Program-made: the position numbers and the translations under genes
Source: Breznakia blatticola
Lineage (GTDB): Bacteria; Bacillota_I; Bacilli_A; Erysipelotrichales; Erysipelotrichaceae
Direction: 5' to 3'
NCBI RefSeq assembly: GCF_004365815.1
Contig: NZ_SODD01000025.1
Location: forward strand, 1,383-33,382
Length of the DNA stretch: 32,000 bases
Notes under the pieces: model-generated
Seen by the model: only the letters and a program-made list of their open reading frames with translations
Database searches by the model: none
Told to the model about the DNA's origin: nothing
Part shown: piece by piece, positions 16,897 through 25,126 of the stretch
Numbering within the stretch: the first letter of the stretch is position 1
Layout of the letters: each line of letters opens with the position of its first letter

Positions 16897-16957
16897 AGTT
16901 ATATTATCTTCCTTCCTCATATATAAAGCAAGGTAGAGATTGCTCTCTACCTAATGT

Positions 16958-17848
16958 TTATTTTATATTTCGAATGTGTCCTTTACTTGTTTCTAGTAAA
17001 GCTTCTGCTTTAGCTACATCACAGTTATGTAAGATCATCACTATTGCAACTTTCACTCTGTTCCCACTTGCTTCTATTGCTTGTTCGATTACTTCATCAC
17101 TTGCATCTGTAACTTCTTTAATGATATTTTTCCCTCTTTGTACAAGTTTTTTATTTGATAGCTTTACATCCACCATCAGGTTTTCATAAGCTTTTCCTAC
17201 TCCAACCATCGCTCCTGTTGAAATCATATTCAAGACTAGTTTTTGAGTTGTTCCTGCTTTTAAGCGTGTGGATCCAGTCAATACTTCTGGTCCAGGAACT
17301 GCTTCAATTGCCAGTTTTGCAACTGCTCCAATTTCACTATTTTTGTTGCATGCAATTGCTACTGTATGACATCCAATTTCATTTGCATATTCTAATGCTT
17401 CAATTACATATGGTGTTCTTCCACTTGCTGCCAATCCAACAACTAAATCATTTTCATTTGCATCAATACGCTTTAAATCTTCAACACCTTCACTTAGTGA
17501 ATCTTCACTTCCTTCTTTTGCTTTTACGAATGCACTATCTCCTCCGGCAATCAAACCGACAACTGTATCATATGATACCCCGAAGGTTGGTGGACATTCT
17601 ACTGCATCTAGTACACCTAAACGACCTGAAGTACCTGCACCCATATAAATGATTCGTCCACCATTACTTAATGCTTCAATTCCCCAAGTAATTGCTTGTG
17701 CAATTTCAGGAAGTACTTTTTCAATAGCTTCAGGAACTTTTTTATCTTCATCATTCATTTTCTTGGCAAATTCAAGAGGTGATAAAATATCTAAATCCAT
17801 TGTATTTGGATTTCTTTGTTCCGTTGTTAATTTCGTTAAATCTATCAT
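16958..17848 (-). CDS. murQ: N-acetylmuramic acid 6-phosphate etherase, copy 1
   Basis: TEQRNPNTMDLD, GRIIYMGAGTSGRLGVLDAVECPPTFG and LTGSTRLKAGTAQK-type motifs. 296 aa SIS-domain protein. Confidence 0.92.
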   Translation of the reverse strand: MIDLTKLTTEQRNPNTMDLDILSPLEFAKKMNDEDKKVPEAIEKVLPEIAQAITWGIEALSNGGRIIYMGAGTSGRLGVLDAVECPPTFGVSYDTVVGLIAGGDSAFVKAKEGSEDSLSEGVEDLKRIDANENDLVVGLAASGRTPYVIEALEYANEIGCHTVAIACNKNSEIGAVAKLAIEAVPGPEVLTGSTRLKAGTTQKLVLNMISTGAMVGVGKAYENLMVDVKLSNKKLVQRGKNIIKEVTDASDEVIEQAIEASGNRVKVAIVMILHNCDVAKAEALLETSKGHIRNIK

Positions 17849-17858
17849 GTTTTCTCCT
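16958..17858. repeat. Dispersed direct repeat A (murQ CDS plus RBS), partner at 21703-22603
   Basis: Collinear with copy B at a constant offset of 4745 nt with no indels. My hand alignment finds about 39 mismatches in 901 nt. Confidence 0.85.
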
Positions 17859-17880
17859 TGTTCAAAGTAGTACTCTTTTA

Positions 17881-18579
17881 TTACTTATTAGAATACTTTG
17901 CTACTTCATTGGCGAAACGTTTTGTCAGTATTTCTGGTCGTGTAATACTTGTTCCAACAACGACTGCGTATGCACCATTTTCTAATGCCAATCGTGCTTC
18001 ATTAGGTGTCTCGATTTTACCTTCTGCAATGACTGGTGTATCTGTAAACTCGGAAATCTCCTTAATCAATTTCAAATTAACGGATGTGATTTCTGAACTC
18101 TCATCAGTATATCCCGATAGCGTTGTGGATAAAAAATCAAAGCCTAATGTATCTGCATATTTTGCTTCTTCAAGCGTTGATATTTCTCCCATAATTAGTA
18201 CTTCTGGATAATTTTCTTTAATCTTTTGTACAATACTCTCAATGTTCTCCCCATTCGGTCTAGCCCTTTTTGTTGCATCTAAAGCAATAATATCAATGCC
18301 AATCTCTAAGATTTCTTTCGCACTTTCATAGGTTGGTGTGATATAGACATCACAATCATCACGAAACTGTTTATTTATTCCAATCAAAGGTAAATCAACT
18401 TTTTCTTTGATTGCTAGTAAATTGTCTTTACCAGTAGCACGAATTCCAACAGCTCCACCTTCTTTTGCAGCACTAGCAAATGCTGCCATAATTGATGAAC
18501 CATACATTGCCCATCCAACGCGAGCTTGACATGAAACAATCAACCCACCTTTGATTTCTTCCATTACCTGCTTTTTCAT
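17881..18579 (-). CDS. nanE: Putative N-acetylmannosamine-6-phosphate 2-epimerase
   Basis: 232 aa with the IKGGLIVSCQA signature and NanE-like TIM-barrel length. The ATG immediately follows the upstream TAA stop. Confidence 0.82.
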   Translation of the reverse strand: MKKQVMEEIKGGLIVSCQARVGWAMYGSSIMAAFASAAKEGGAVGIRATGKDNLLAIKEKVDLPLIGINKQFRDDCDVYITPTYESAKEILEIGIDIIALDATKRARPNGENIESIVQKIKENYPEVLIMGEISTLEEAKYADTLGFDFLSTTLSGYTDESSEITSVNLKLIKEISEFTDTPVIAEGKIETPNEARLALENGAYAVVVGTSITRPEILTKRFANEVAKYSNK

Positions 18580-20172
18580 TTAGAACATCCCAATCATCTT
18601 TCCAACAATACCAAGAATAAAACTTACGATAACACAAATATACATTCCTTTTTTGTTTTTCATTAATAATTGATAGAATCCTAAAGTTATTAACAATGGA
18701 ATTAGACAAGGTAAAATTGAATCTAGCAATTCTTGAACGATAATTTCTTTTTCACCGAATGTCCAAACATAAGCGACTGGTGCTTTAACAAATCCAACGA
18801 TCATTGCACCAACAACCATCATTCCGACAATTGTTGCTCCTTGTACAAACTTGTCAATAAGGTTTCCTTCTTTCATACGAGCAACGATGCTTGTTCCTAG
18901 AGCATATCCGTGCTTGATAAATAACCATCTTGATCCAACATTTAAGATTAAGTTTGGAACAATAAAGATGATTGGTCCAAGAATACTTCCATCCAATGCT
19001 AATCCAGCTCCAATTGCAGCAAATACTGTCATGAATGTTGCCTTAAATACAGAATCTCCAATTCCTGATAAAGGTCCCATTAGTGCAGCTTTTGTTGATG
19101 AAATAGCTTCACCTGTAATTGGCTTACCTAAAGCTCTTTGTTCTTCAAGAGCAAGAGATACTCCCATTACCGCATTTCCAGTATATGGATGACAGTTAAA
19201 GAATTCATTGTGACGAGTTAGTGCTTCTGTTAAATCTTCTTTATTTGGATATAGTTTTTTCAGTGCTGGAATCATTGCAAATGCAAACCCTAAACTACAG
19301 TAACGTTCGTAGTTGATACTAGTCATTGAGAAGAATGAACGGAAGAATGTTGAACGTAATTCTTTTTTAGTAAGAATGTGTTCAAGTTCTTCTGGTGCAC
19401 TTGAGTCACCATCATCATCTAAGTCAAATTCATCTTTTGGTTCGTTTTTCTTTTCAAAGATAAACATCGCAGCTGCAATACCAAACCCAAGTAAAGATAC
19501 AGGAAGAACCGCTAAATTCACATATGTTGCTAAAACAAATCCAATTAAGAAGAATGGCCAGTATTTTTTCATATCCATCATTTTAAGTAACATTGCCATT
19601 CCTACTGCTGGCAAGATACCAGAAGCAACTTTCATACCATCAGTGACAATTGCTGGCAAACTAGCAACTATGTTGTTTACAAAGTCACTACCGAAATACA
19701 CCGCTAAAAATGATGGAATAAAGAATACGATAAAGAATATTGGTATCCCTGCTAAATGAGCTAATTCTACTTTACGAATTTCACCGTTTGCTAAGTATTT
19801 ATCTGCACGGTGCATAATAATAATATTTATATTCCATGCAAACATAATCAATAATTGTGCTAGCATCCCAATTGGTAATGCTAGTGTAATCCCAACTTCT
19901 GGATTTCCTCCATTTTGAATTGCGAATACAGTTGATAGCATACCGGCAATTTGTGCATTTGGTGGTACACTTCCTCCAATTGGTAGGATTCCCATATACA
20001 TAAGTTCTACACTACCACCTACAATAAGTCCGGTTTGAACATCTCCTAAAATCAAACCAATCACTGGTCCTGCAAAGATTGGACGTGAGATCATCCAATA
20101 TCCATAACCATAGTTTTCAGTTATTACAATTGCGATAAAAACACTCAGTAATAACGCGCTTACTAATGACAT
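18580..20172 (-). CDS. Mannose-family PTS fused IIC-IID membrane component
   Basis: aa 1 to ~250 are ManY-like IIC (GPVIGLILGD...ELMYMG...PPN). An acidic linker (DEFDLDDDGDSS) follows. aa ~270-530 are ManZ-like IID (LTKKELRSTFFRSFF..INYERY...HNEFFNCHPY). Confidence 0.85.
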   Translation of the reverse strand: MSLVSALLLSVFIAIVITENYGYGYWMISRPIFAGPVIGLILGDVQTGLIVGGSVELMYMGILPIGGSVPPNAQIAGMLSTVFAIQNGGNPEVGITLALPIGMLAQLLIMFAWNINIIIMHRADKYLANGEIRKVELAHLAGIPIFFIVFFIPSFLAVYFGSDFVNNIVASLPAIVTDGMKVASGILPAVGMAMLLKMMDMKKYWPFFLIGFVLATYVNLAVLPVSLLGFGIAAAMFIFEKKNEPKDEFDLDDDGDSSAPEELEHILTKKELRSTFFRSFFSMTSINYERYCSLGFAFAMIPALKKLYPNKEDLTEALTRHNEFFNCHPYTGNAVMGVSLALEEQRALGKPITGEAISSTKAALMGPLSGIGDSVFKATFMTVFAAIGAGLALDGSILGPIIFIVPNLILNVGSRWLFIKHGYALGTSIVARMKEGNLIDKFVQGATIVGMMVVGAMIVGFVKAPVAYVWTFGEKEIIVQELLDSILPCLIPLLITLGFYQLLMKNKKGMYICVIVSFILGIVGKMIGMF

Positions 20173-20190
20173 ATATTTCCCTCAATCTTT

Positions 20191-20655
20191 CTAAATTAAT
20201 TTCATTAAATCTTCACTTGTGTCTGAAGGTGTAGTTCGTACATCAAGTGCAACACCATTTGCATCTAACTTTTTGAAGTCTTCAATCATTGCATCATCCA
20301 CATAAACAGTCTTTGATAGTTGACGACGACCTTCTTTAAAGTAGATACCTCCAACATTAATAGAGTCAAATGTAACTCCATTGTTCATCATTTTTACAAG
20401 AACTCCTGGTTCTTTTACAACGATGAAGAAACGTTTATTTCCGTTTCGTTCTAAAAATTTTACTGCTTTTTCATCATCAACAACTAAGCATTTCAAACCT
20501 GCGGGGCAAGCCATTTCCAATAATGATTTTTGAAAATCATCTTTAGACACTTCGTTATCAACGACCATTACTACGTCTACTTTATACGCAGTTGTCCAAG
20601 CAAAAGCAACTTGGCCATGAATTAATCTTTCATCAATTCTGGTAATTGTAATCAT
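20191..20655 (-). CDS. Mannose/sorbose-family PTS IIB component
   Basis: MITITRIDERLIHGQV carries the phospho-His motif of the IIB-Man family. 154 aa, so there is no fused IIA domain. Confidence 0.88.
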   Translation of the reverse strand: MITITRIDERLIHGQVAFAWTTAYKVDVVMVVDNEVSKDDFQKSLLEMACPAGLKCLVVDDEKAVKFLERNGNKRFFIVVKEPGVLVKMMNNGVTFDSINVGGIYFKEGRRQLSKTVYVDDAMIEDFKKLDANGVALDVRTTPSDTSEDLMKLI

Positions 20656-20685
20656 TTGGTATCCTCCATTTTCTTTTACACCTTC

Positions 20686-20713
20686 ATCATAGACTAATGA
20701 AACTATATGTCAA
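20686..20713 (-). promoter_or_regulatory. Sigma-A promoter of the Man-PTS/nanE/murQ/HAD operon
   Basis: Read on the minus strand: TTGACA (20708-20713), 16 nt, TATGAT (20686-20691). The spacer contains an ATGAAAC half-site (20697-20703). Confidence 0.5.
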
Positions 20714-20732
20714 TAAAGTAAGCGTATAACGA

Positions 20733-20761
20733 AACAAAGTTTCATATAATGAAACTTTGTT
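20733..20761. promoter_or_regulatory. 29-bp perfect palindrome, candidate operator
   Basis: AACAAAGTTTCAT-ATA-ATGAAACTTTGTT has 13-nt arms with no mismatch. It overlaps the murR stop codon and sits 19 nt upstream of the -35 at 20708-20713. No T-run follows on the minus strand. Confidence 0.6.
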
Positions 20762-21596
20762 AATTGGTGATTCGCGTTTTATTTACTTTCTCAATTGCTT
20801 GATCATAATCTAATTGTGATACTAATGCATATAAAATATCAACGATATACAATTGCGTAATACGTGATGCCATCGCTCCACTTCTAAACAGTGTTTCTCT
20901 ACTACTCACAGCAATCGATACATCTGCAATTGAAGCTAATGTATTCGAAGTACTGCTCGTAATACATATAACATAACATCCGTTTTTTTGACACTCATTT
21001 GCAATGTCAATCATCTCCTTTGTTTCTCCACTATAAGAAAAGACCATTGCAACATGTTTCGAAGAAGAGTTTAAAGCTTGTACCCACTGTCTATCATTTA
21101 GTTGATAACAAGCAACATTTTTTCCAATTCTCATAAATTTATACGTTGCATCAAGTGCAACTACATTGGATGCTCCAATGCCATAAAAATCTACTACTTG
21201 TGCTTTATGAATCCGATTAGCAGCCTCCACAAGACTATCTTCATTTAGGATTATTCTTGTTTCCTCAATAGAGTGCACATCAATATTCGTAATCTTATCA
21301 ATGACTGTTTTTGGACTATCATCTCGACTTACAGTTGTTGTATCCAATACATTTAAATGTACATTCTCAAACCCCTGTAGTTCAGAAGCAATCATTATCT
21401 TAAACTGATTAAAGCCTTTTGCACCAACTCGTTTACATAAACGAACAACCGTTGCAGTTGATGTAAATGTTTCTTTTGCAACTTCATAAATTGTCATATC
21501 AACAATTCGCTTTGGATCCTTTAAAATAAAATCTCTAATTTGTTTTTCTGCTTCTGGAAGGTTTCGATAATCTCTTAATTTTATTAGCACGCTCAT
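20760..21596 (-). CDS. murR: MurR/RpiR-family transcriptional regulator (HTH_6 plus SIS domain)
   Basis: MSVLIKLRDYRNLPEAEKQIRDFIL...TATVVRLCKRVGAKGFNQFK is an RpiR-type HTH. The C-terminal part is a SIS domain. GAGGT lies 5 nt before the ATG at 21596. Confidence 0.85.
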   Translation of the reverse strand: MSVLIKLRDYRNLPEAEKQIRDFILKDPKRIVDMTIYEVAKETFTSTATVVRLCKRVGAKGFNQFKIMIASELQGFENVHLNVLDTTTVSRDDSPKTVIDKITNIDVHSIEETRIILNEDSLVEAANRIHKAQVVDFYGIGASNVVALDATYKFMRIGKNVACYQLNDRQWVQALNSSSKHVAMVFSYSGETKEMIDIANECQKNGCYVICITSSTSNTLASIADVSIAVSSRETLFRSGAMASRITQLYIVDILYALVSQLDYDQAIEKVNKTRITN

Positions 21597-21615
21597 GTTA
21601 TACCTCATTTGTTTC

Positions 21616-21644
21616 ACTATAGCAAAGTGCTAAAAATTAAGCAA
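21616..21644 (-). promoter_or_regulatory. Candidate murR promoter
   Basis: Read on the minus strand: TTGCTT (21639-21644), 17 nt, TATAGT (21616-21621). The -10 is immediately followed by GTGAAAC, which resembles the ATGAAAC half-site of the palindrome at 20733-20761. Confidence 0.4.
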
Positions 21645-21645
21645 A

Positions 21646-21690
21646 CACAAAAAAACTTGGTATAAAAGCGACTCTCTTCTACCAAGTTTT
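21646..21690 (-). terminator. Intrinsic terminator after murQ copy 2
   Basis: Stem AAACTTGGTA (21653-21662) / TACCAAGTTT (21680-21689). On the minus strand it is followed by TTTTTTT. Confidence 0.65.
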
Positions 21691-21702
21691 ACTTTACTAT
21701 TA

Positions 21703-22593
21703 CTATTTAATGTTTCGAATGTGTCCTTTACTTGTTTCTAATAAAGCTTCTGCTTTAGCTACATCGCAGTTATGTAAAATCATCACTATTGCAACTTTCA
21801 CTCTATTTCCACTTGCTTCTATTGCTTGTTCGATTACTTCATCACTTGCATCTGTAACTTCTTTAATGATATTTTTTCCTCTTTGTACAAGTTTTTTATT
21901 TGATAGTTTTACATCCACCATCAGATTTTCATAAGCTTTTCCTACTCCAACCATCGCTCCTGTTGATAGCATATTTAGGATTAGTTTTTGGGTCGTCCCT
22001 GCTTTTAAGCGTGTGGATCCAGTTAATACTTCTGGTCCAGGAACTGCTTCGATTGCCAGTTTTGCGACTGCTCCAATTTCACTATTCTTGTTACATGCAA
22101 TTGCTACTGTATGACATCCAATTTCATTTGCATATCCTAATGCTTCTATTACATATGGTGTTCTTCCGCTTGCTGCCAATCCAACAATTAAATCATTTTC
22201 ATTTGCATCAATACGCTTTAAATCTTCAACACCTTCACTTAATGAATCTTCACTTCCTTCTTTTGCTTTTACGAATGCACTATCTCCTCCAGCAATCAAA
22301 CCGACAACTGTATCATATGACACACCAAATGTTGGTGGACATTCTACTGCATCTAGTACACCTAGACGTCCAGAAGTTCCTGCACCCATATAAATGATTC
22401 GTCCACCATTACTTAATGCTTCAATTCCCCAAGTAATTGCTTGTGCAATTTCAGGAAGTACTTTTTCAATAGCTTCGGGAACTTTTTTATCTTCATCATT
22501 CATTTTCTTGGCAAATTCAAGAGGTGATAAAATATCTAAATCCATTGTATTTGGATTTCTTTGTTCCGTTGTTAATTTCGTTAAATCTATCAT
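21703..22593 (-). CDS. murQ: N-acetylmuramic acid 6-phosphate etherase, copy 2
   Basis: It differs from copy 1 at 4 of 296 residues (V/I, E/G, V/I, I/L). AGGAGAAAAC lies before the ATG at 22593. The longer start in the track (22644) would overlap the upstream gene. Confidence 0.92.
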   Translation of the reverse strand: MIDLTKLTTEQRNPNTMDLDILSPLEFAKKMNDEDKKVPEAIEKVLPEIAQAITWGIEALSNGGRIIYMGAGTSGRLGVLDAVECPPTFGVSYDTVVGLIAGGDSAFVKAKEGSEDSLSEGVEDLKRIDANENDLIVGLAASGRTPYVIEALGYANEIGCHTVAIACNKNSEIGAVAKLAIEAVPGPEVLTGSTRLKAGTTQKLILNMLSTGAMVGVGKAYENLMVDVKLSNKKLVQRGKNIIKEVTDASDEVIEQAIEASGNRVKVAIVMILHNCDVAKAEALLETSKGHIRNIK

Positions 22594-22603
22594 GTTTTCT
22601 CCT
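21703..22603. repeat. Dispersed direct repeat B (murQ CDS plus RBS), partner at 16958-17858
   Basis: See repeat A. Similarity stops abruptly just beyond the RBS on one side and at the stop codon on the other. Confidence 0.85.
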
Positions 22604-23642
22604 ATTTTTCTACGAACATCAGTTTTGTTCCAGGTGTAATACACTCTAATATACTAAGGTAATCTGGATGAACATTACCAATAACATTCACTCTTTCATC
22701 AGCAGTGAAATCCTTTTTTGTTATTTGAATTTCTCCACTGTATCGCAAGTATTTCTTGTTATCTATAGTAATACTTCCATAATCGCGAGATATCGTATTT
22801 ACTGCTTCTATAATCGCTCCTTGGCTAGCAAATTCACGACTTTCTTGAAGGCGAATCAGTTTACTAGGAGAATCAATCCGATTGGTAAATACTTGATTTA
22901 TAAATGGCTTTAATAGCTCATGAACATTCACTACAGGAATTCGAATTACTTGATCATCTAAGGTATCTGACAGCAATTGATAATCCATAAAGTTCATACC
23001 TATATCACCAACGAATACGTATTCTGCATAATGATTCCACAAAATTTCTAATGCAGCTACATAACCATTCATATCACGATGTTTTTCTAGTGTTGGTAAC
23101 CCTTCAAATATAGGTCCTCTATATTTCTCACCTGGTATAAATGCAATGCTTTTTACTTCGTGTTTTACTAATGTTTCATGCATATCTTTCAGTTGTTTTA
23201 CATCCAATCCTGTATCTTTACGGGGATAGAAATTATGCATTGCATATACGCGTCCTTTTGGAAGTTTTTCGATTAATTTCACATCTATCGTTGATGCATT
23301 AACTACTAACGGTACTTCTTTGGCAATTGCAATTGTTTCCTCATCACTAAACCCATAATCCAAACGAACAAGATCAATATCTAATAATTGAATTAAACTA
23401 TGTACATTTGATAAGCCAAACTTCGTTAACGTTCTTTTTGAAATATCTGCAATAATTTTTGTATCCTGTTTTTTTAGTAATCGAAACATTTCCTTTACAT
23501 CTTCAACATATGCATCATCATATTCTTCAGCTATATGTAATGATGTAAAAACCATATTACCTTGTAAGGGCAACGTTTGAAGTTGCCCTTTTTGTTCTCT
23601 AAATGTTGTTACGTAGTATGCAAAACCAATGGTCTTAAGCAC
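22602..23642 (-). CDS. mupG: DUF871 / MupG-family 6-phospho-N-acetylmuramidase
   Basis: 346 aa. The N-terminus (IGFAYYVTTF...NMVFTSLHIAEE) resembles the DUF871 TIM-barrel family. The gene is sandwiched between murP and murQ, as in the Staphylococcus aureus locus. The GTG start overlaps the murP stop (GTGCTTAA). Confidence 0.72.
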   Translation of the reverse strand: MLKTIGFAYYVTTFREQKGQLQTLPLQGNMVFTSLHIAEEYDDAYVEDVKEMFRLLKKQDTKIIADISKRTLTKFGLSNVHSLIQLLDIDLVRLDYGFSDEETIAIAKEVPLVVNASTIDVKLIEKLPKGRVYAMHNFYPRKDTGLDVKQLKDMHETLVKHEVKSIAFIPGEKYRGPIFEGLPTLEKHRDMNGYVAALEILWNHYAEYVFVGDIGMNFMDYQLLSDTLDDQVIRIPVVNVHELLKPFINQVFTNRIDSPSKLIRLQESREFASQGAIIEAVNTISRDYGSITIDNKKYLRYSGEIQITKKDFTADERVNVIGNVHPDYLSILECITPGTKLMFVEK

Positions 23643-25074
23643 GTTCTACTTCTTCCTTCGAAACAAAGAACCAAGTTACAATAAACCCACCGATGTATGC
23701 AACAATTAGTCCAATGAAGTAGTAAAGCATTCCCATTGCACCATTGCTTCCACCTGTCATTAATGGAATTGCTACCATTCCTGAAGGTCCCCATGCAGTT
23801 GCCATTACTTTGGTTAACATTACAAATGCTCCACCAAATCCAGCTCCAATTCCAGCTGTAATAAATGGTTTACCCATTGGAAGAGTTACCCCATAGATTA
23901 ATGGTTCACCAACTCCAAGGATACCTGCTGGTAATGCACCTACAATAACTTCACGTAGACGTTGATTGTTTGCTTGTTTTGCTTTAATGTAAATCGCGAT
24001 TGCTGCTCCAACTTGACCAGCTCCTGCCATTGCTAATACTGGGAATAATGTAACTCCACCTAACTTTTCTAATTGAATTGCATAGATTGGAATTAATCCA
24101 TGGTGAAGTCCTAATAACACCATTGGTAAGAACAATGCAGATAATACAAATCCTGAGATTACTTGTACTACTGGGTTACTTGAGTTAATAAGGATATTTA
24201 ATGCACTAATCAAGAGATCAGATAAGAAACCTGCGACTGGCATAATCGCAAATACAAAGATCACTCCTGTAATTACGATTGCACAAATTGGTGTTACGAT
24301 TAAATCTAAGATTTCTGGTACGACTTTACGTAATCCTTTTTCTACTTTTGCTAAAATCCAAACACCGAAGATAACTCCGATAATTCCACCTTTACCTGTT
24401 GTCAGAATTGATTCTAAAGGTACATCTACATTATACCAACCAAAGAATGTTGATAATGTGATGATTCCAGGTGCAATTGAGATTGCCCCAATCATTCCTC
24501 CTAACGCTTCTGTTGCTCCAAATTGTTTTGCAGCATTTACACCAGTGAAAATAGCAAAGTATGATAGGAATCCAGATCCTAACAATGAAAGTGTTTGTTG
24601 GATTAAGAACCATACACTTGTTTCATTAACAGTAATTACTCCTGATGTTCCAAGTTGTCCAATTAAACTTGCAATACCATTTAATAATCCAGCAGCAATA
24701 ATTGCTGGAATTAGTGGAATAAAGATATTTCCAATTGTACGTAATCCTTGTTTTAATGGTGAGTCTTTTTGATTTGCTTTTACATCCGCTTTGTTTTCTT
24801 CCCAACTTGGGTCGATTTCTCCAGCGTGTACTCCCATTTCATTGATCAGAATATCAGCAACTCTTTTTGCTTTTCCTGGTCCTAGTACAATTTGCATCGT
24901 TGCATCTTCAACAACACCCATTACACCTGATGTTGTCTTCAACTCTTCTAATTGTACTTTACTCATGTCTTTAATTTTCACACGTAAACGTGTCATACAG
25001 TTTGCAGCAGTAAGAATATTTTCTTTACCACCTAACAGCTCTAATAATTTTGCTGCTAATTCTTGATTATTCAT
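23635..25074 (-). CDS. murP: Glucose-family PTS EIIBC, N-acetylmuramic acid (or MurNAc-GlcNAc) specific by context
   Basis: The N-terminal EIIB domain has NCMTRLRV (phospho-Cys), followed by an EIIC domain of about 10 TM helices. The position next to mupG and murQ supports the specificity. Confidence 0.8.
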   Translation of the reverse strand: MNNQELAAKLLELLGGKENILTAANCMTRLRVKIKDMSKVQLEELKTTSGVMGVVEDATMQIVLGPGKAKRVADILINEMGVHAGEIDPSWEENKADVKANQKDSPLKQGLRTIGNIFIPLIPAIIAAGLLNGIASLIGQLGTSGVITVNETSVWFLIQQTLSLLGSGFLSYFAIFTGVNAAKQFGATEALGGMIGAISIAPGIITLSTFFGWYNVDVPLESILTTGKGGIIGVIFGVWILAKVEKGLRKVVPEILDLIVTPICAIVITGVIFVFAIMPVAGFLSDLLISALNILINSSNPVVQVISGFVLSALFLPMVLLGLHHGLIPIYAIQLEKLGGVTLFPVLAMAGAGQVGAAIAIYIKAKQANNQRLREVIVGALPAGILGVGEPLIYGVTLPMGKPFITAGIGAGFGGAFVMLTKVMATAWGPSGMVAIPLMTGGSNGAMGMLYYFIGLIVAYIGGFIVTWFFVSKEEVERA

Positions 25075-25126
25075 TTTGTGTTCTCCTTTTTGTTTCTATT
25101 ACAATAAATTGCTTTTAAACAATTTA

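Noticed and set aside
17155-17652. A 165-aa plus-strand ORF antisense to murQ. It recurs at 21900-22397, so it looks 'conserved'.
   Set aside because: The conservation is only a by-product of the murQ duplication. The translation is Leu/His/Gln-rich low complexity, there is no RBS, and the murQ frame carries all the family motifs.
18473-18709. A 78-aa minus-strand ORF overlapping the IIC-IID/nanE junction. Similar out-of-frame ORFs occur at 23609-23794 and 24431-24613.
   Set aside because: These are alternative frames inside strongly supported genes, with Trp/Cys/Asn-rich translations that resemble no family.
16958-22603. The two murQ repeats as the ends of a composite transposon or other mobile element.
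   Set aside because: The repeats are direct copies of a metabolic cistron only. There is no transposase, integrase, terminal inverted repeat or target duplication, and the intervening genes are ordinary PTS and regulator genes.
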